Shown: positions 18,934 through 32,000 of the stretch, in pieces
How the letters are laid out: each line of letters opens with the position of its first letter
How positions within the stretch are numbered: position 1 is the stretch's first letter
Assembly (NCBI RefSeq): GCF_000011805.1
Contig: NC_006840.2
Length of the DNA: 32,000 nucleotides
From: Aliivibrio fischeri ES114
GTDB taxonomy: Bacteria > Pseudomonadota > Gammaproteobacteria > Enterobacterales > Vibrionaceae
Strand: one strand, 5' to 3'
Program-made: the position numbers and the translations under genes
The notes under the pieces: generated by a model
Told to the model about the DNA's origin: nothing
The model's input: the letters and a program-made list of their open reading frames with translations, nothing else
The model's database searches: none

Positions 18934-18966
18934 AAAAAAAGCCATCCGATAGGATGGCTTCTTTTT
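18934..18966 (-). terminator. Terminator-like hairpin inside the operon tail, between the proximal 5S and tRNA-Thr.
   Basis: AAGCCATCC (18939-18947) / GGATGGCTT (18952-18960) with a GATA loop. The minus strand sees the stem followed by U7 (A7 at 18934-18940). Confidence 0.6.
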
Positions 18967-18973
18967 AAATTCA

Positions 18974-19092
18974 AGCCTGGCGATGTCCTACTCTCACATG
19001 GGGAAACCCCACACTACCATCGGCGCTATTACGTTTCACTTCTGAGTTCGGCATGGGATCAGGTGGGTCCATAACGCTATGGTCGCCAAGCA
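18974..19092 (-). rRNA. rrf: 5S rRNA (5S-B), rrn operon 1.
   Basis: 119 nt, identical to the 5S copies at 24645 and 30318. It differs from 5S-A at two paired positions. Confidence 0.95.
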
Positions 19093-19182
19093 AATTCTTT
19101 AATTCGGAAAGCTTAATTCTTAATGCACATTCAATTCGTTTCTTGCAACTTCAAATCCGTTCAAAACCCCTTGGGTGTTGTA

Positions 19183-22072
<2,890 letters not shown>

Positions 22073-22275
22073 ATACAACCCCAAGAGGTTTCGTATGGCA
22101 TAAACAACCAAGGTTGAACTCGTCATTGCGAGTTCTGGTTTTTCGCCGGATTCAAAATACAAGAACACTTGAATGTGTTGTTCTTCGTTTTACAAAGTAA
22201 AACAAAGGATATTAAGAACTTTTAAATTTTGATTTAGATAACTCGTAAGTTATTTAAATCAGTCAGCTTTCCAAA

Positions 22276-22287
22276 TTGTTAAAGAGC
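22276..22287 (-). promoter_or_regulatory. boxA antitermination element in the 16S-23S spacer, operon 1.
   Basis: The reverse complement GCTCTTTAACAA matches the E. coli rrn boxA core (TGCTCTTTAACAA). Confidence 0.7.
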
Positions 22288-22339
22288 AATGTTTCTTTCG
22301 AAACCATTTTTAAAAACTCTCAAGGAGAATACTTAAAGA

Positions 22340-22415
22340 TGGTGGGCGATACCGGGCTCGAACCAGTGACCCCCTCCTTGTAAGGGAGGTGCTCTCCCAA
22401 CTGAGCTAATCGCCC
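22340..22415 (-). tRNA. tRNA-Val (anticodon UAC), ITS of operon 1.
   Basis: Reverse complement is GGGCGATTAGCTCAGTTGGGAGAGCACCTCCCTTACAAGGAGGGGGTCACTGGTTCGAGCCCGGTATCGCCCACCA. The anticodon loop is CTTACAA. Confidence 0.95.
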
Positions 22416-22446
22416 ACGAAAGTTTTAATTCCTTCGTGAGAAAGAA

Positions 22447-22522
22447 TGGTGGGTCGTGCAGGATTCGAACCTGCGACCAATTGATTAAAAGTCAACTGCT
22501 CTACCAACTGAGCTAACGACCC
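22447..22522 (-). tRNA. tRNA-Lys (anticodon UUU), ITS of operon 1.
   Basis: The reverse complement GGGTCGTTAGCTCAGTTGGTAGAGCAGTTGACTTTTAATCAATTGGTCGCAGGTTCGAATCCTGCACGACCCACCA appears identical to E. coli tRNA-Lys as I remember it. Confidence 0.95.
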
Positions 22523-22524
22523 AA

Positions 22525-22600
22525 TGGTATCCCGTAGGGGAGTCGAACCCCTGTTACCGCCGTGAAAGGGCGGTGTCCTAGGCCTCTAGACGAACGGGAC
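22525..22600 (-). tRNA. tRNA-Glu (anticodon UUC), ITS of operon 1.
   Basis: Reverse complement is GTCCCGTTCGTCTAGAGGCCTAGGACACCGCCCTTTCACGGCGGTAACAGGGGTTCGACTCCCCTACGGGATACCA. The anticodon loop is CTTTCAC. Confidence 0.95.
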
Positions 22601-22695
22601 ACTGGATATTTGAAGATGTTGGGCATCTTCATTGCTTCTTTACATTTTTAACCTAATCAATCTGTGTGAACACTCATAAATCGTAATCTATCGTT

Positions 22696-24248
<1,553 letters not shown>

Positions 24249-24430
24249 AAGTTTTTTTGGTTGCTCTGTCTTTTCTATAAAGAGAAGCAGAAACAAACCG
24301 ACTCAATGATTAATACTGATTGTTACATAAAAGTAATTTTGTGTAGTCACTCAGTTCATTGATTAGTTATTTGCTTTCGCAAATAGTGATTATCAATTCA
24401 CAAGTGCCCACACAGATTGATTTGGTTAAA

Positions 24431-24442
24431 TTGTTAAAGAGC
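24431..24442 (-). promoter_or_regulatory. boxA antitermination element in the 16S leader, operon 1.
   Basis: The reverse complement is GCTCTTTAACAA, about 50 nt downstream of the candidate promoter. A boxC-like CTGTGTGGG follows. Confidence 0.7.
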
Positions 24443-24490
24443 TTGTCTTTCAACCACTTAGCGTTTCCGCTTCGTCGTTTCAGGCTGCGT

Positions 24491-24518
24491 ATAATACGCT
24501 GTCTGATTTGAAAGTCAA
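24491..24518 (-). promoter_or_regulatory. rrn promoter of operon 1 with an upstream A/T-rich UP-like region.
   Basis: On the minus strand, TTGACT (rc of 24513-24518) is followed by a 16-nt spacer and TATTAT (rc of 24491-24496), then ACGCAGCC. Upstream is AAAAATAATTGAAAAAGTTGAAAATATTATC. It is the only good sigma70 match I see between the upstream terminator and the 16S. Confidence 0.6.
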
Positions 24519-24600
24519 GATAATATTTTCAACTTTTTCAATTATTTTTGAATCGTTAAAAACGTTATGTTGACTTGGCTCACAGTGACAGTCTGGGAGC

Positions 24601-24630
24601 GAAATAAAAGCCCGTTCAACTGAACGGGCT
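24601..24630 (-). terminator. Rho-independent terminator of rrn operon 2.
   Basis: AGCCCGTTCA (24609-24618) / TGAACGGGCT (24621-24630). The minus strand continues TTTTATTTC. It lies 14 nt after the 5S. Confidence 0.7.
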
Positions 24631-24644
24631 CTCATTCAAATTCA

Positions 24645-24763
24645 AGCCTGGCGATGTCCTACTCTCACATGGGGAAACCCCACACTACCATCGGCGCTAT
24701 TACGTTTCACTTCTGAGTTCGGCATGGGATCAGGTGGGTCCATAACGCTATGGTCGCCAAGCA
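24645..24763 (-). rRNA. rrf: 5S rRNA (5S-C), rrn operon 2.
   Basis: Identical to 18974..19092. Confidence 0.95.
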
Positions 24764-24854
24764 AATTCTTTAATTCGGAAAGCTTAATTCTTAATCCACA
24801 TTCAAATTCGTTTCTTGCAACTTTAAATCCGTTCAAAACCCCTTGGGTGTTGTA

Positions 24855-27745
<2,891 letters not shown>

Positions 27746-27948
27746 ATACAACCCCAAGAGGTTTCGTATGGCATAAACAACCAAGGTTGAACTCGTCATT
27801 GCGAGTTCTGGTTTTTCGCCGGATTCAAAATACAAGAACACTTGAATGTGTTGTTCTTCGTTTTACAAAGTAAAACAAAGGATATTAAGAACTTTTAAAT
27901 TTTGATTTAGATAACTCGTAAGTTATTTAAATCAGTCAGCTTTCCAAA

Positions 27949-27960
27949 TTGTTAAAGAGC
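27949..27960 (-). promoter_or_regulatory. boxA in the 16S-23S spacer, operon 2.
   Basis: Same GCTCTTTAACAA (rc) as at 22276..22287. Confidence 0.7.
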
Positions 27961-28012
27961 AATGTTTCTTTCGAAACCATTTTTAAAAACTCTCAAGGAG
28001 AATACTTAAAGA

Positions 28013-28088
28013 TGGTGGGCGATACCGGGCTCGAACCAGTGACCCCCTCCTTGTAAGGGAGGTGCTCTCCCAACTGAGCTAATCGCCC
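28013..28088 (-). tRNA. tRNA-Val (UAC), ITS of operon 2.
   Basis: Identical to 22340..22415 (offset 5673). Confidence 0.95.
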
Positions 28089-28119
28089 ACGAAAGTTTTA
28101 ATTCCTTCGTGAGAAAGAA

Positions 28120-28195
28120 TGGTGGGTCGTGCAGGATTCGAACCTGCGACCAATTGATTAAAAGTCAACTGCTCTACCAACTGAGCTAACGACCC
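28120..28195 (-). tRNA. tRNA-Lys (UUU), ITS of operon 2.
   Basis: Identical to 22447..22522. Confidence 0.95.
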
Positions 28196-28197
28196 AA

Positions 28198-28273
28198 TGG
28201 TATCCCGTAGGGGAGTCGAACCCCTGTTACCGCCGTGAAAGGGCGGTGTCCTAGGCCTCTAGACGAACGGGAC
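28198..28273 (-). tRNA. tRNA-Glu (UUC), ITS of operon 2.
   Basis: Identical to 22525..22600. Confidence 0.95.
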
Positions 28274-28368
28274 ACTGGATATTTGAAGATGTTGGGCATC
28301 TTCATTGCTTCTTTACGTTTTTAACCTAATCAATCTGTGTGAACACTCATAAATCGTAATCTATCGTT

Positions 28369-29921
<1,553 letters not shown>

Positions 29922-30103
29922 AAGTTTTTTTGGTTGCTCTGTCTTTTCTATAAAGAGAAGCAGAAACAAACCGACTCAATGATTAATACTGATTGTTACA
30001 TAAAAGTAATTTTGTGTAGTCACTCAGTTCATTGATTAGTTATTTGCTTTCGCAAATAGTGATTATCAATTCACAAGTGCCCACACAGATTGATTTGGTT
30101 AAA

Positions 30104-30115
30104 TTGTTAAAGAGC
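30104..30115 (-). promoter_or_regulatory. boxA in the 16S leader, operon 2.
   Basis: Same as 24431..24442. Confidence 0.7.
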
Positions 30116-30163
30116 TTGTCTTTCAACCACTTAGCGTTTCCGCTTCGTCGTTTCAGGCTGCGT

Positions 30164-30191
30164 ATAATACGCTGTCTGATTTGAAAGTCAA
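30164..30191 (-). promoter_or_regulatory. rrn promoter of operon 2.
   Basis: Identical to 24491..24518 (TTGACT-16-TATTAT). Confidence 0.6.
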
Positions 30192-30273
30192 GATAATATT
30201 TTCAACTTTTTCAATTATTTTTGAATCGTTAAAAACGTTATGTTGACTTGGCTCACAGTGACAGTCTGGGAGC

Positions 30274-30303
30274 GAAATAAAAGCCCGTTCAACTGAACGG
30301 GCT
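30274..30303 (-). terminator. Rho-independent terminator of rrn operon 3.
   Basis: Identical to 24601..24630. Confidence 0.7.
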
Positions 30304-30317
30304 CTCATTCAAATTCA

Positions 30318-30436
30318 AGCCTGGCGATGTCCTACTCTCACATGGGGAAACCCCACACTACCATCGGCGCTATTACGTTTCACTTCTGAGTTCGGCATGG
30401 GATCAGGTGGGTCCATAACGCTATGGTCGCCAAGCA
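30318..30436 (-). rRNA. rrf: 5S rRNA (5S-D), rrn operon 3.
   Basis: Identical to 18974..19092. Confidence 0.95.
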
Positions 30437-30526
30437 AATTCTTTAATTCGGAAAGCTTAATTCTTAATGCACATTCAATTCGTTTCTTGCAACTTCAAAT
30501 CCGTTCAAAACCCCTTGGGTGTTGTA

Positions 30527-32000
<1,474 letters not shown>

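Overview
This is low-GC gammaproteobacterial chromosome, and the gene content, synteny and rRNA spacer type look like Vibrionaceae. The Aliivibrio/Vibrio-like impression comes only from my reading of the 16S, with no search run. The window is core housekeeping DNA, not an accessory island.

Left to right:
- A 5'-partial-view BCCT osmolyte transporter (-), open at the window edge and absent from the ORF track.
- A four-gene family-5 peptide/opine-type ABC importer operon (-): fused double ATPase, binding protein, two permeases.
- A tRNA operon Arg-His-Pro-His-Pro (-).
- Cytochrome c5 (+).
- Rep helicase (-).
- A TetR-MFP-RND efflux operon (+), whose synteny resembles V. cholerae vexRAB.
- ubiK/yqiC (+).
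- Divergent ilvC (-) and ilvY (+).
- From 18.7 kb to the window end, three head-to-tail rRNA operons on the minus strand with a period of about 5.67 kb. Each has the order 16S, tRNA-Glu, tRNA-Lys, tRNA-Val, 23S, 5S. The promoter-distal operon carries an extra tRNA-Thr and a second 5S.

Every ORF-track entry after 18654 lies inside rRNA or its spacers and is spurious. I see no CRISPR array, integrase, transposase, toxin-antitoxin pair or defence genes, and I cannot support a claim of a novel system here.

The observations worth a second look are structural:
- The triple tandem rrn array and its allele pattern: copies 1 and 3 agree with each other and differ from the middle copy.
- A 1-nt insertion in a conserved domain V stretch of the middle 23S.
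- Compensatory base-pair changes in a 23S hairpin and in the distal 5S.
- A terminator-like hairpin inside the 5S-Thr-5S tail.
- A perfect 22-bp palindrome, with repeated half-sites, at the TetR/RND promoter.
- A covarying hairpin in the duplicated His-Pro tRNA spacers.
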